This document shows, piece by piece, positions 18,560 through 27,949 of a stretch of 64,000 nucleotides of DNA. The stretch lies in the IMG/VR virus record IMGVR_UViG_3300024348_000004. One strand, given 5' to 3'. The translations under genes were made by a program, and so were the position numbers. A model generated the notes under the pieces. It was given only the letters and a program-made list of their open reading frames with translations, searched no databases and was not told where the DNA came from. Every line of letters begins with the position of its first letter. The stretch's first letter is position 1. Source of the DNA: a virus.

Positions 18560-18823
18560 ATGATACAAAGTCAACACGAACTATCCGCACATGAACGAGC
18601 GTACACCGATTTAGGTCGCAAAATCATTCAAGAGTGTGAAAATAATACTATTTTCCCAAAGGATGATGAAGAGTCCCTAACATTGTGGAACTCTGCTGTG
18701 ACAGCAGCAAACAAATTCATGTCTTTTGGTACAACATGGTCAAAATTTCAAGGAATTGATGACTTAAGTAAAAACGAAAGACTTGCAGTCAAGAAATATC
18801 TTAACGGAACAGCATGCGATTAG
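18560..18823 (+). CDS. Early hypothetical protein
   Basis: AAGGAG RBS. Confidence 0.7.
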   Translation: MIQSQHELSAHERAYTDLGRKIIQECENNTIFPKDDEESLTLWNSAVTAANKFMSFGTTWSKFQGIDDLSKNERLAVKKYLNGTACD

Positions 18824-18993
18824 TAGTTGCAAGCTATGGTGATGTTGTAATCACCCAAGACCGTGTAAATGGTTACAAGCGATACATTGTTGACTGGAAG
18901 AACGGTAGTAAGCAATTGTTTAGTGGGTTACATTACACATTAGATGATGTTAAGGAAAGAACAGAGAAGAGGATAACTTCTTTACCGATTTAA
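18814..18993 (+). CDS. Hypothetical protein, 59 aa
   Basis: Read manually (MRLVVASYGDVVITQDRVNGYKRY...); fills the gap between genes. Confidence 0.55.
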   Translation: MRLVVASYGDVVITQDRVNGYKRYIVDWKNGSKQLFSGLHYTLDDVKERTEKRITSLPI

Positions 18994-19012
18994 ATAGGGG
19001 TGCTTGACACTC

Positions 19013-19096
19013 GGGTAGGGACAGGGTCAATAAAAACAAAATCTACAACTCATTATACGATGTTTGTTTGAGACCCATCCCGCCAGAATTTTTTAT
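19013..19096 (+). other. Long intergenic hairpin (terminator or small RNA)
   Basis: GGGAcaGGGTC...AAACAAA...TTTGTTT...GACCCaTCCC, then a T-run. Confidence 0.45.
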
Positions 19097-19108
19097 TGAG
19101 AGTATATT

Positions 19109-19414
19109 ATGGGCATGACAAACCATTACGCTGGTTCACTTCGATACAGTATGAACGGCAAGAAACGAAAGACAAAATCTATGCGAACTCGCACAAAGAG
19201 GATGTCAGATTTTAATTGGGATTCCCCACTCGTGGAACCCAAACCAGTTCGAGAGACTAAGGAATATCCTTCCGCTCCACTTGGTCTTCCGAAAACAAAC
19301 GTAGACGATTCATGGAAGGTAGAAGAGTCTAAAAACTTCACAATCGCACCCGCTTATAATAAAGGTGCTTATCAAGTCATCCCACGTGATGACGTTAAAC
19401 ATATAGGAAAATAA
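19109..19414 (+). CDS. Conserved basic phage hypothetical protein
   Basis: C-terminal 'TIAPAYNKGAYQVI' motif seen in T4-like marine phages. Confidence 0.7.
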   Translation: MGMTNHYAGSLRYSMNGKKRKTKSMRTRTKRMSDFNWDSPLVEPKPVRETKEYPSAPLGLPKTNVDDSWKVEESKNFTIAPAYNKGAYQVIPRDDVKHIGK

Positions 19415-19417
19415 ACT

Positions 19418-19633
19418 ATGGAAAACTTAAACTTAGTAAATTTGATGATGTCAATCTTGGCACTACTTGTCTTTGGATTCTTCCTGGCAGGCGCTTGGTT
19501 AATCGTAGATGATTCAAATAAGATGTTCAAGTTGCGAAAGGATTTGAAACGTAAACATCCCGATTTGACTAAGGGTCAACTTCAAGCTCTGGCACGTCAC
19601 CAGTATGCTCAGTCCATAAAGGACGAAAAATAA
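19418..19633 (+). CDS. Small membrane-anchored protein
   Basis: N-terminal TM helix. Confidence 0.6.
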   Translation: MENLNLVNLMMSILALLVFGFFLAGAWLIVDDSNKMFKLRKDLKRKHPDLTKGQLQALARHQYAQSIKDEK

Positions 19634-19635
19634 AT

Positions 19636-19665
19636 TTGACAAAGCCCCTCACTTTTTTATATACT
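19636..19665 (+). promoter_or_regulatory. Early promoter
   Basis: TTGACA-aagcccctcactttttta-TATACT. Confidence 0.85.
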
Positions 19666-19694
19666 ATACACATAGATTGAAAAAGGAGATACAA

Positions 19695-20063
19695 ATGAAC
19701 GATTTAGAAAAAAGAAATGTTGCGGAAACTAATGCTATTGAACTAGTAGAACTAGTTGAGACTTTATGTGCAGATATTACTACTGCTATAAACAACAAGT
19801 GGGAACATACTATTGGGAATACAACCCATGACTATAGTATTGGTAAGAAGTACATTCGAGTATTCAGTGATAATGGAAGTCAACGTTCAGTTTGGGGTTT
19901 CATTAATGTGGGTAATGACAAGTTTAAAGTTGGTGACGTTTTAAAAGCATCGGGTTGGAGTCAACCCGCTCTTAACTCTGCCAGAGGTAACTTGTACGAT
20001 GGATATGAAATTGCAAAAGGATATTCAACTCACAGAGTGCATGGGCCAGATTACTTAATTTGA
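19695..20063 (+). CDS. Conserved early phage protein
   Basis: 'GKKYIRV...GDVLKASGWSQPALNSARGN'; AAGGAG RBS. Confidence 0.7.
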   Translation: MNDLEKRNVAETNAIELVELVETLCADITTAINNKWEHTIGNTTHDYSIGKKYIRVFSDNGSQRSVWGFINVGNDKFKVGDVLKASGWSQPALNSARGNLYDGYEIAKGYSTHRVHGPDYLI

Positions 20064-20089
20064 CAAAGCCCCTCACTTTTTGTTACACT
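20060..20089 (+). promoter_or_regulatory. Early promoter
   Basis: TTGACA-aagcccctcactttttgt-TACACT. Confidence 0.85.
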
Positions 20090-20121
20090 ATGTGTATAAT
20101 ATAAATTTAGGAGAAAATATT

Positions 20122-20571
20122 ATGGGAATCAAACATAAACAAATTTTAGACGGTACTGCAAGATGGTACGTAGTTACTACTCAGAATGTTGAGGAGTACG
20201 GTGTGAACTTTCACAAGTTCAAAGGCGGTTCCGAGTACGTGATTGGTTTCCATGTTGAGAAGTGTATCTTCGAGGAAGATGCATATGGTGAGGGTGAACA
20301 CTCTTACTATGAGGCACCTTCTCTTACCGAGGCGTCAGTTGCTGCTCTCGTGATGAAACACGTGAACAGGTACAACGGATTGGACGGTTCGTTTGATTAC
20401 ATCACTCAGATTGATGTGATTGATTCTCCTTTCAACACACCCGACCACCCAACGTGGAGTGGTGATGCGGAAACTCTCATTGAGGAGTTGGATGCAATTC
20501 ACGATAGCAAGGTTGCTAACGGAGAACTTGATGCTCCGTTTATGGAAGAAATTTATTCGGAGGCTGTATAA
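20122..20571 (+). CDS. Early hypothetical protein
   Basis: AGGAG RBS. Confidence 0.7.
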   Translation: MGIKHKQILDGTARWYVVTTQNVEEYGVNFHKFKGGSEYVIGFHVEKCIFEEDAYGEGEHSYYEAPSLTEASVAALVMKHVNRYNGLDGSFDYITQIDVIDSPFNTPDHPTWSGDAETLIEELDAIHDSKVANGELDAPFMEEIYSEAV

Positions 20572-20924
20572 TGTATACTATTAAAGAATTTGAAGTCCTT
20601 ACACTTGAAGAGAGTGTAGGTGGCACATCACTACAAGGAACTATATTTTCAGATTACAACACTTTGTGTAATGTGCTTGGTAAACCAACCTTTACAGATG
20701 CCGACCCTAACGAGAAAGTTTCTTGTGAGTGGTGTCTCAAAGTTAAGTACTGGGAAGAAGGTGCTGATGTGGATGACTGGGATTATGCCGATGTTACCGT
20801 ATACGCTTGGAAGTATGGACGTATTCCAGTTGAAGAGTGTCAATGGAACGTTGGTGGTAAATCTTGGATTGCTACTGATTTGATTGAAACCATTTTGGCG
20901 GAGGATATTGCCAATGCAGCTTAA
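20571..20924 (+). CDS. Early hypothetical protein
   Basis: GGAGG RBS; TAATG overlap. Confidence 0.7.
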   Translation: MYTIKEFEVLTLEESVGGTSLQGTIFSDYNTLCNVLGKPTFTDADPNEKVSCEWCLKVKYWEEGADVDDWDYADVTVYAWKYGRIPVEECQWNVGGKSWIATDLIETILAEDIANAA

Positions 20925-21171
20925 GGAATACAAAACTATGGAAGCGGAGTATGCTGGAGGCATTACACTTCAATTCAAGTTTGAAAATGGGTACGGTGCC
21001 AGTGTAGTGAAACACGATTTCAGTTACGGTGGTAAAGATGGTCTTTGGGAAGTCGCAGTACTTGACGAAGATTTACAGATATGTTACCATACACCTATAA
21101 CACAAGATGTTATTGGTTATCAGACATGGAAACAAGTCGAAAAAATTTGTGAGGAGATACAATCATTATGA
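20914..21171 (+). CDS. Conserved phage hypothetical protein
   Basis: 'FENGYGASVV...SYGG..GLWEVAVL' motif. Confidence 0.7.
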   Translation: MQLKEYKTMEAEYAGGITLQFKFENGYGASVVKHDFSYGGKDGLWEVAVLDEDLQICYHTPITQDVIGYQTWKQVEKICEEIQSL

Positions 21172-21365
21172 CATTTACTTTTGAACAAGCAAAACTTATT
21201 GCATCTAATACTGGTGGAAAGCTCAGTGCAGATGATGTGATGAATCTTGCAACTTATGGAACAACCAATGCTATGGACATGGCACCCGAAGAGGTGGGCG
21301 AAGGTTGTCTTTGTGGGGTGAAAAATTGCCCCGATGAATACGACCATGTCACACATGGAGTATAA
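21168..21365 (+). CDS. Small protein with C-terminal Cys/His cluster
   Basis: 'CLCGVKNCPDEYDHVTHG'. Confidence 0.6.
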   Translation: MTFTFEQAKLIASNTGGKLSADDVMNLATYGTTNAMDMAPEEVGEGCLCGVKNCPDEYDHVTHGV

Positions 21366-21366
21366 C

Positions 21367-22995
21367 ATGAAATATTTTTTAAGTTTAATATCCCTAACCA
21401 TATTAGTTGGTTGCGGAGGCGGTGGTGGAGCTGCTGGGGTCTTAACCCCTGTAGTCGCTCCTTCTGGCATAACCTATTACACAGGTTTTACCACAACCAC
21501 TTTAGATGATGTCACTAACCAGTTTGTGGTTATCGATGGATACATCGAAGGTGCTAATGTGTTCCTTGATTGGAATTACAATGGTCTTCAAGATACAGGC
21601 GAACCATCAGCAAGTTGGATGGGTGTTGACCCTGTTGTTACTGTTTGCATCAATTACGATTCTCAAGGATGTATTGAGACTGGAGCATATGACCCGCCAG
21701 ATAATTATTACTACTTTCTAACAAGGGAGTCTGAAGAATATGCACCAAGTGATTTTAATGGACAGTTTCTAGATGACAACATAACAGATTATTCATCCTA
21801 CTGTAAATCATTAAGACCAGTGATGTCTGTAGTACCCGAAGGTGCTTATGATTCTGATAGGGGATATGTAGACACTGCATATGAAATGATGGCGATGCCA
21901 AGTGTATTGGAGAGAGACATTACAGACGGAACTAACATCACTCCATTCACGACATTAATCAATCCTCTCTTTTCATCTTTGATGGTAACAGATTATCCAA
22001 TTAACGAATCATGTAGTACAGGTGCTGTATCTCAAGGCGAGAACATCGTTCAAGCAATAGAACAATACATCAATACATTTTTAGAAATGTACGATATCAG
22101 TTTAGATTTCTTCTATGAGGATTTCTTTAAATCCGAGGACACTGCAAAACAACAATTAGCGATGGACATTGTTGACATCATATCAACAGTAACAACTGCT
22201 AAGGATATTTTAGAGGATACTGTTAACTTACCTTATAGGTATGTCTTTAGTGAAGGAGTCATGTCAGATGTTATGAGTGGTAATTTCACCACACTAGATT
22301 TTGATATGAATCATACAATAGAAGAGGAACAAGTGTTCAACGATTTAGTGACTTACTCAGAAAGTTTGTACAGTGGTATTACAGCAGACAAAGATGGCAA
22401 TCTATATTCATATGAGGGAGACATCATCCCCATGTCATTTAGTAACATCTCTGTATCTGCTTCTAGTGTAGAAACATCTACAGTTCATCAAGCAACAAAT
22501 ATTATGGGAATGGATGACGTACATCTTTATTCTACAGTTGCAAGTGGTTATGATAATGGTATCCTATCAGATACCAGTTTTACTAGAGTGCAATTCTCCA
22601 AACCAAACTATTATAGGTCTATGCAAACCAACCAAAGAGGTAAACTTTTTTGGGTCACACATGACTATAGATTTTCTATTGCCTTTGGGCCTGGCAACCC
22701 TATGGCCAACTTCAATACGAATTCTGTAGTTAACAATGGTGACTTGAATACCGCTCAAGACATTTTAAATTCCATCGATAGTGTATCACATTACATAGAA
22801 GATGCTCAGAATACCATCTCATATTTGTACACTGGTGATGAATTGCAGTATGCAAAAACAATTGATGGAATAGAATACACATATTCATACACCGTTGGTG
22901 GTGATGAATTCTGTTTGACATATAACACTAGTACACAAGCAGAGTCAATGAATAGAACTAATCCTTATGTACAGTGTTCGGAGTTAATACAATGA
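21367..22995 (+). CDS. Large acidic lipoprotein
   Basis: Lipobox LVG-C followed by poly-Gly; 'IDGYIEGANVFLDWNYNG..D.GEP', 'NITPFTTL'. Confidence 0.75.
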   Translation: MKYFLSLISLTILVGCGGGGGAAGVLTPVVAPSGITYYTGFTTTTLDDVTNQFVVIDGYIEGANVFLDWNYNGLQDTGEPSASWMGVDPVVTVCINYDSQGCIETGAYDPPDNYYYFLTRESEEYAPSDFNGQFLDDNITDYSSYCKSLRPVMSVVPEGAYDSDRGYVDTAYEMMAMPSVLERDITDGTNITPFTTLINPLFSSLMVTDYPINESCSTGAVSQGENIVQAIEQYINTFLEMYDISLDFFYEDFFKSEDTAKQQLAMDIVDIISTVTTAKDILEDTVNLPYRYVFSEGVMSDVMSGNFTTLDFDMNHTIEEEQVFNDLVTYSESLYSGITADKDGNLYSYEGDIIPMSFSNISVSASSVETSTVHQATNIMGMDDVHLYSTVASGYDNGILSDTSFTRVQFSKPNYYRSMQTNQRGKLFWVTHDYRFSIAFGPGNPMANFNTNSVVNNGDLNTAQDILNSIDSVSHYIEDAQNTISYLYTGDELQYAKTIDGIEYTYSYTVGGDEFCLTYNTSTQAESMNRTNPYVQCSELIQ

Positions 22996-23495
22996 GAATG
23001 AGACACTTAAGTTTTTTATCAGGCGCCTTGTTAGGTTTCCTGTGTGGTGTTATGACAATGAAGGTTGAGGCGTCAGACCCAAACAACGAAATCTATTGCA
23101 TGGCACAGAACATTTATTTTGAGGCAGGTAATCAACCACTCGCTGGTAAGATTGCTGTATCGCAAGTAGTGTTAAACAGGGTTGAGCATTATGCTTATCC
23201 CGATACTGTTTGTGGTGTAGTATACCAAGCAAAGTTGAGAACAAATTGGAAAGGTGAAATGGTTCCTAAAATCAACGCTTGTCAATTCAGTTGGTATTGT
23301 GATGGTAAGTCAGACAATCCAGTGGACAGTACAACTTGGTTATCCTCTATGCACATTGCAAGAGATGTGATACAATCTAAGTATGGTGACATTACAGAAG
23401 GTGCAACACATTATCATGCAACTTGGACATTACCATATTGGGCAGACTCATTGAACGAGACTGTAGTTATTAACGAACACATATTTTACAAATAA
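22992..23495 (+). CDS. Cell wall hydrolase, SleB/Hydrolase_2 family
   Basis: 'CMAQNIYFEA', 'VVLNRV', 'CQFSW', 'GATHYHA', 'HIFY'; N-terminal anchor. Confidence 0.9.
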   Translation: MRMRHLSFLSGALLGFLCGVMTMKVEASDPNNEIYCMAQNIYFEAGNQPLAGKIAVSQVVLNRVEHYAYPDTVCGVVYQAKLRTNWKGEMVPKINACQFSWYCDGKSDNPVDSTTWLSSMHIARDVIQSKYGDITEGATHYHATWTLPYWADSLNETVVINEHIFYK

Positions 23496-23497
23496 TC

Positions 23498-24034
23498 ATG
23501 AACTTATTTTACTTAGACAAAGACCCCGAAATTTCTGCAACACTACATTGTGACAAACATGTAGTAAAGATGATTATCGAGTACGCTCAGATGCTATCTA
23601 CCGCACATAGAATGTTAGACGGTACTCAGTATACCGATGCATCTAGTGGTCGTAGGATTCAGAGATGGAGACTAGACAACTCAAATATGGAAGATGTGTT
23701 ATACAAAGCATCACACATCAATCACCCTTCTACACGATGGGTACGTGAGAACGCAATCCAGTATCAGTATGCATATGATATGTTTACTGCACTGTGTGAC
23801 GAATACACTCACAGATATAAAAAGATTCATGCAACTGATTTTAAACTTAGAGGATTACTCAATCAGTTACCAAACAAGATTACACTAGGTGGATGGTCAG
23901 AACCACCTCAGTGTATGCCAGACGATGTGAAGATGGAATCGACTCTCGATGCATACCATAAATACTATGCAGTCTACAAGAAGGAATTCGCAAAGTGGAC
24001 AGAACGTGACGTACCAACCTTTATGAGTTTATAA
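23498..24034 (+). CDS. Pyrimidine-dimer DNA glycosylase-like protein
   Basis: 'MNLFYLD...HCDKHVVKMIIEYAQMLSTAH', 'HINHPS', 'PQCMPD'. Confidence 0.7.
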   Translation: MNLFYLDKDPEISATLHCDKHVVKMIIEYAQMLSTAHRMLDGTQYTDASSGRRIQRWRLDNSNMEDVLYKASHINHPSTRWVRENAIQYQYAYDMFTALCDEYTHRYKKIHATDFKLRGLLNQLPNKITLGGWSEPPQCMPDDVKMESTLDAYHKYYAVYKKEFAKWTERDVPTFMSL

Positions 24035-24035
24035 T

Positions 24036-24344
24036 ATGCCAACATACGATTTCTTAAATACCGAAACTGGTGAAGTGACAGAACACTTCATGTCTTACAC
24101 TAAGTTAGACCAGTTCAAAGAAGATAACCCTCACTTAAAACAACAAATAGCCGCCCCTAGAATTGTAGGTGGTCATGGTGACAGAGTTAAAGCGCCCGAT
24201 GGGTTTAATGATGTACTTAAGAATATCGCCTCCAAAAATATCGACACTCCACTTGGGGAAAGATATCACAGAAAAGATGCTAAAGAAGTTAAGACAAGAG
24301 AAACAATAAAAAAGCATATTGACATTCAAAGCAAAAAGCAGTAA
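24036..24344 (+). CDS. FmdB-like small protein (Cys-less)
   Basis: 'MPTYDF.N.ETGE', 'NPHLKQ'. Confidence 0.65.
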   Translation: MPTYDFLNTETGEVTEHFMSYTKLDQFKEDNPHLKQQIAAPRIVGGHGDRVKAPDGFNDVLKNIASKNIDTPLGERYHRKDAKEVKTRETIKKHIDIQSKKQ

Positions 24345-24358
24345 AATAGGTATATATT

Positions 24359-25018
24359 ATGATAGATTTACATGAACTAGAACTACTCGACATGAAAGCC
24401 GAATCGGTGGACGGAAAGCGACTTTACCAAACACCCGAAGGTAATAAGTATCCAAGTGTCACAACCGTAACAGGTCTTCTTAACAAAGAACATATAAAGT
24501 TGTGGAGAGCTAGAGTTGGTGAACAAGAAGCGAATAAGATTACCGCACAGGCAACAAAACGTGGTACTAAGATGCATGACATCTTTGAAAAGTATCTTAG
24601 ACAAGAAGAAGAAATTATCTTTGATAACATTCTTCAAGAACAGATGTTCAATTCCGCTTTACCCTTATTAGATGAAATCCAGCCTATCGCTCTAGAAGCG
24701 CCTCTGTATTCCGATACACTTAAGATGGCAGGAAGAGTGGATTGTGTTGGTCTCTTTGAAGATAAACTTACAATCATTGATTTCAAAACATCAAGTAAGT
24801 GGAAAGAAGAATACATGGCAAAACCATGGTTTATTCAGATGACTGCTTACGCTATGATGGTTGAAGAGATGACTGGTTATGAAGTTGAGGAGATTCTTGC
24901 TATTGTTGTAGTAGAGGGTCAAACAGGTGGTGTTCAGGCATTTGGGAGTTTTCCAAATGAACACGTTGATGAATTAGTTAGTTTACGAAAACAGTACACT
25001 AACTTATATGGAGTATAA
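24359..25018 (+). CDS. PD-(D/E)xK exonuclease (RecB/Cas4-like)
   Basis: 'YPSVTTV', 'RGTKMH', 'AGRVDC', 'IIDFKTS', 'QMTAYA'. Confidence 0.85.
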   Translation: MIDLHELELLDMKAESVDGKRLYQTPEGNKYPSVTTVTGLLNKEHIKLWRARVGEQEANKITAQATKRGTKMHDIFEKYLRQEEEIIFDNILQEQMFNSALPLLDEIQPIALEAPLYSDTLKMAGRVDCVGLFEDKLTIIDFKTSSKWKEEYMAKPWFIQMTAYAMMVEEMTGYEVEEILAIVVVEGQTGGVQAFGSFPNEHVDELVSLRKQYTNLYGV

Positions 25019-25019
25019 A

Positions 25020-25325
25020 ATGAGTGAAGTGAAAGAATTTAATTTAGAAGGAGATTTCAATTGGAATAAGATAATCTCTAAAGGTGATGAGTGGGTTGAG
25101 TCCCAAGCATACGATAGTGCATATGACACACTATTGGAGTATCTTGCAATCGACAGTGAAGAAGATGTGACAGAAGAAGTCTTAGATAAGGCAGACCATC
25201 TCATAGATTACCTAACAACTGATTATGCAGAAGGTGGTCTTGGTGTTCATGACACTAGTCCAACTTACTATGCATACTATAGTATCGTTAGAGATTGGAG
25301 AGACAACTTAGAGAGTGGATTTTAA
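25020..25325 (+). CDS. Acidic hypothetical protein
   Basis: In-operon ORF with GGAG RBS. Confidence 0.65.
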   Translation: MSEVKEFNLEGDFNWNKIISKGDEWVESQAYDSAYDTLLEYLAIDSEEDVTEEVLDKADHLIDYLTTDYAEGGLGVHDTSPTYYAYYSIVRDWRDNLESGF

Positions 25326-25326
25326 G

Positions 25327-25782
25327 ATGCAAATTGAAATTGGAAAGGAATATGCTATATATCCTAAGTTTAAAAAATCGTATGTAGAACGTGAAGTGTT
25401 TAAGGACAATGATAGTGAAGACAGAGTTGTTGTTGAGACACTATGGAGAAGTGGTGTTTATCTTATCAAGGTAACTAACGAAGAAGACAAGGAGACCTTA
25501 GAAGCATATATGTCAGAAGGTGCAACAGGTGATATGGAACCTTGTGAGTTCGAAGAGAATGAATTCGTAGAATCTTATGATGGGTGTGGTATGGATATAT
25601 ACGTTCACCTTGCAGAAGGAAGTGAAGCAGACGAAGACGAAATGCAAGAACAACTTGAAGAAGAAGGGCATGATTGGTTTTGGGAAAACAATTATGATTC
25701 ATGGGATGCAGAACACTTCTTTGGTTTACCATTGCAAGTAGATGAAGTAGACCCCAATAATAGATACGACTTGAGGTTCTAA
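25327..25782 (+). CDS. Acidic hypothetical protein
   Basis: In-operon ORF. Confidence 0.65.
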   Translation: MQIEIGKEYAIYPKFKKSYVEREVFKDNDSEDRVVVETLWRSGVYLIKVTNEEDKETLEAYMSEGATGDMEPCEFEENEFVESYDGCGMDIYVHLAEGSEADEDEMQEQLEEEGHDWFWENNYDSWDAEHFFGLPLQVDEVDPNNRYDLRF

Positions 25783-26021
25783 TGATTAGCAAGAAAAATT
25801 TTACAGAACAAGTTGAAAAATTAATTGTACGTGGAAGAGGTTGTGATGTAATGTCAGCAATCATTAAAGTGTGCGAAACAAACAGTCTTGAACCCGAAAG
25901 TGCTAAGAGACTATTATCAAATCCGCTGAAAGAAAAACTTGAAGCAGAGGCTCAAAAATTAAACTTAATCAATCGTGGCCAAGTGAGTCAGGCGAATATC
26001 ACGAAATTTTATGAGGACTAG
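25782..26021 (+). CDS. gp33: Late transcription coactivator gp33
   Basis: 'F...VEKL', 'LSNPLKEKLEAEAQKLNL'; synteny with gp59/gp32. Confidence 0.85.
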   Translation: MISKKNFTEQVEKLIVRGRGCDVMSAIIKVCETNSLEPESAKRLLSNPLKEKLEAEAQKLNLINRGQVSQANITKFYED

Positions 26022-26022
26022 A

Positions 26023-26325
26023 ATGAAAGAATTAATCAATGAAGTAATAACAATTGTTACTGCCACAGGTGAGTACGTTGGTAAACTGGATACACTCCAA
26101 CAAGATGACACCTCAGTTGCACTAACTAACCCTAGGATGATTATCCAAAACCAAGAAGGTCAAATGGGATTCGCTAGGGGAGTTGCTGTAACAGGTGAAG
26201 AGAACCCTAAGACAATGGTTGTGAAAGACTACATCTTTATGTGTGCAACTAACGACAAAGTCACAGAAGCATATAACGCTGCTACTGGTGAAATCCATAT
26301 CCCCGAGAAAAAGATTATTACTTAA
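26023..26325 (+). CDS. Sm-like beta-barrel hypothetical protein
   Basis: 'TIVTATGEYVGKL', C-terminal 'IHIPEKKII'. Confidence 0.6.
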   Translation: MKELINEVITIVTATGEYVGKLDTLQQDDTSVALTNPRMIIQNQEGQMGFARGVAVTGEENPKTMVVKDYIFMCATNDKVTEAYNAATGEIHIPEKKIIT

Positions 26326-26915
26326 TGACATCTAGGGATGGATATGATGCATATACGTTGTACCTTGGAATTAAGTTGCACTTCAATTCTAAGGATTATG
26401 ACTTCATTAAATACAACGGAAAAGTACGGAGTGATATCAACTCTTTCCTAAAGCGGAAAGATAAGTTTCACTTCGGAAAACTTCACAAAATTTATAAAGA
26501 TAACCTACAAGACTTCTATATCGCCAATCTATCTCAGAAAGATAGTTGGGCGGGAGACTTGTTAAACGAAGAAGCAGAACGTGTCTACGCCGATTGGAGA
26601 AAACGTCAACAGAAGTTGTCGTATATGTTTCAATCAGAAGTGTCAGATGTGTTACGTAAAAGAACAATACAAAAAGTTCTAGAAGTAAAGAACGGTCAGC
26701 ATCCTTGGTTATTACGAGACTATCTAGCAAAGAATGTCTCACTCGAAACTCTTTGTATCATGGATGAGATAATCGGGTTCACTACAGATTGGGAGAGACT
26801 AATCTCTGAGAAGGTAGTGTACCCCGATGTCCATATCAAGATACGAAAGTACAAGACGTTTGTAAGTGTAGACCATAAGAAATTTAAGAATATTCTTTTG
26901 GATGCATGTTCATAA
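26325..26915 (+). CDS. gp59: Helicase loader gp59
   Basis: 'YLGIKLHF...YDFIKYNGK', 'KRKDKFHF', 'SLETL'. Confidence 0.9.
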   Translation: MTSRDGYDAYTLYLGIKLHFNSKDYDFIKYNGKVRSDINSFLKRKDKFHFGKLHKIYKDNLQDFYIANLSQKDSWAGDLLNEEAERVYADWRKRQQKLSYMFQSEVSDVLRKRTIQKVLEVKNGQHPWLLRDYLAKNVSLETLCIMDEIIGFTTDWERLISEKVVYPDVHIKIRKYKTFVSVDHKKFKNILLDACS

Positions 26916-26984
26916 ACGCCTAAATAAAGTCGTCTATTATAAAAACCCTCTTGTGTTATTACAAGTGATGACGTATAATAGACT

Positions 26985-27028
26985 AATACAATGCAAATAC
27001 AATGTTAATACAATAGGAGAATACAATG
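26985..27028 (+). repeat. Four AATACAAT repeats in the gp32 leader
   Basis: Copies at 26985, 26996, 27007 and 27020; the last includes the start codon. Confidence 0.75.
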
Positions 27029-27922
27029 TCAGCATCATTAGATAAACTAAGAGCAGCTATGGAAACTGCTTCACCTACAGAAGGTGCAAAAAAATCCTAC
27101 ACAGACGACACGATGTGGAAACCCGAACTTGATAAAACAGGTAACGGTTTTGCGGTAGTTCGTTTTCTACCCACACCCGAGGGAGAAGAGATGCCATGGG
27201 TATCATACTTTGACCACGGTTTCCAAGGCCCAGGCGGTTGGTATATTGAGAAGTCTTTGACTACACTTAATAAACAAGACCCTGTGTCAGAATACAATAC
27301 TCAGTTATGGAATACTGGGATTGAAGCAAACAAAGAAACTGCTAGAAAGCAGAAGAGACGTTTACACTATGTGTCAAATGTTTATGTTGTTTCAGACCCA
27401 AAAAATCCATCTAACGAAGGTAAAGTATACAAATACAGATATGGTAAGAAAATCTTTGAACAACTCAAAGAGGCTATCTCACCAGCATTTGAAGACGAAC
27501 AAGCAATCAATCCTTTCGACCTAAGAGAAGGTGCGAACTTTAAGATTAAGATTAGAAAAGTAGACGGTTACTGGAACTATGACAAATCAGAGTTTGACTC
27601 ACCTACCGCTTTGTTCGAAGATGAAGCACAGTTGAATACTATATATTCATCTGCTCATTCATTATCAGGCATAATTGCGCCAGAAGAGTTCAAGTCTTAC
27701 GATGAACTCAAAGAGAAACTCGATAGAGTTCTCGGTCTAACTGGTTCAGTGAGTAATTCAACTGCAGAGTCAGTTGCGGAAGATATGGACGAAGTGCCAT
27801 GGTCTAACGTTAACAAAGAGACGGTTGCAGATGAACCTGTAATCTCATCAGCGGAAATGTCTTCTAGTAGTTCAGAAGAGAATGATGCGATGGATTACTT
27901 TAAGAAGTTGGCTAACGATTAA
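27026..27922 (+). CDS. gp32: Single-stranded DNA-binding protein gp32
   Basis: 'WKPELDKTGNGFAVVRFLP', 'HGFQGPGGWYIE', 'NYDKSEF'; acidic tail. Confidence 0.97.
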   Translation: MSASLDKLRAAMETASPTEGAKKSYTDDTMWKPELDKTGNGFAVVRFLPTPEGEEMPWVSYFDHGFQGPGGWYIEKSLTTLNKQDPVSEYNTQLWNTGIEANKETARKQKRRLHYVSNVYVVSDPKNPSNEGKVYKYRYGKKIFEQLKEAISPAFEDEQAINPFDLREGANFKIKIRKVDGYWNYDKSEFDSPTALFEDEAQLNTIYSSAHSLSGIIAPEEFKSYDELKEKLDRVLGLTGSVSNSTAESVAEDMDEVPWSNVNKETVADEPVISSAEMSSSSSEENDAMDYFKKLAND

Positions 27923-27949
27923 TTAGTTAGTTAACTACTTATAAATGGG

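Noticed and set aside
24359-25018. Cas4 as evidence of a CRISPR system
   Set aside because: No array or other cas genes; typical standalone T4-like exonuclease
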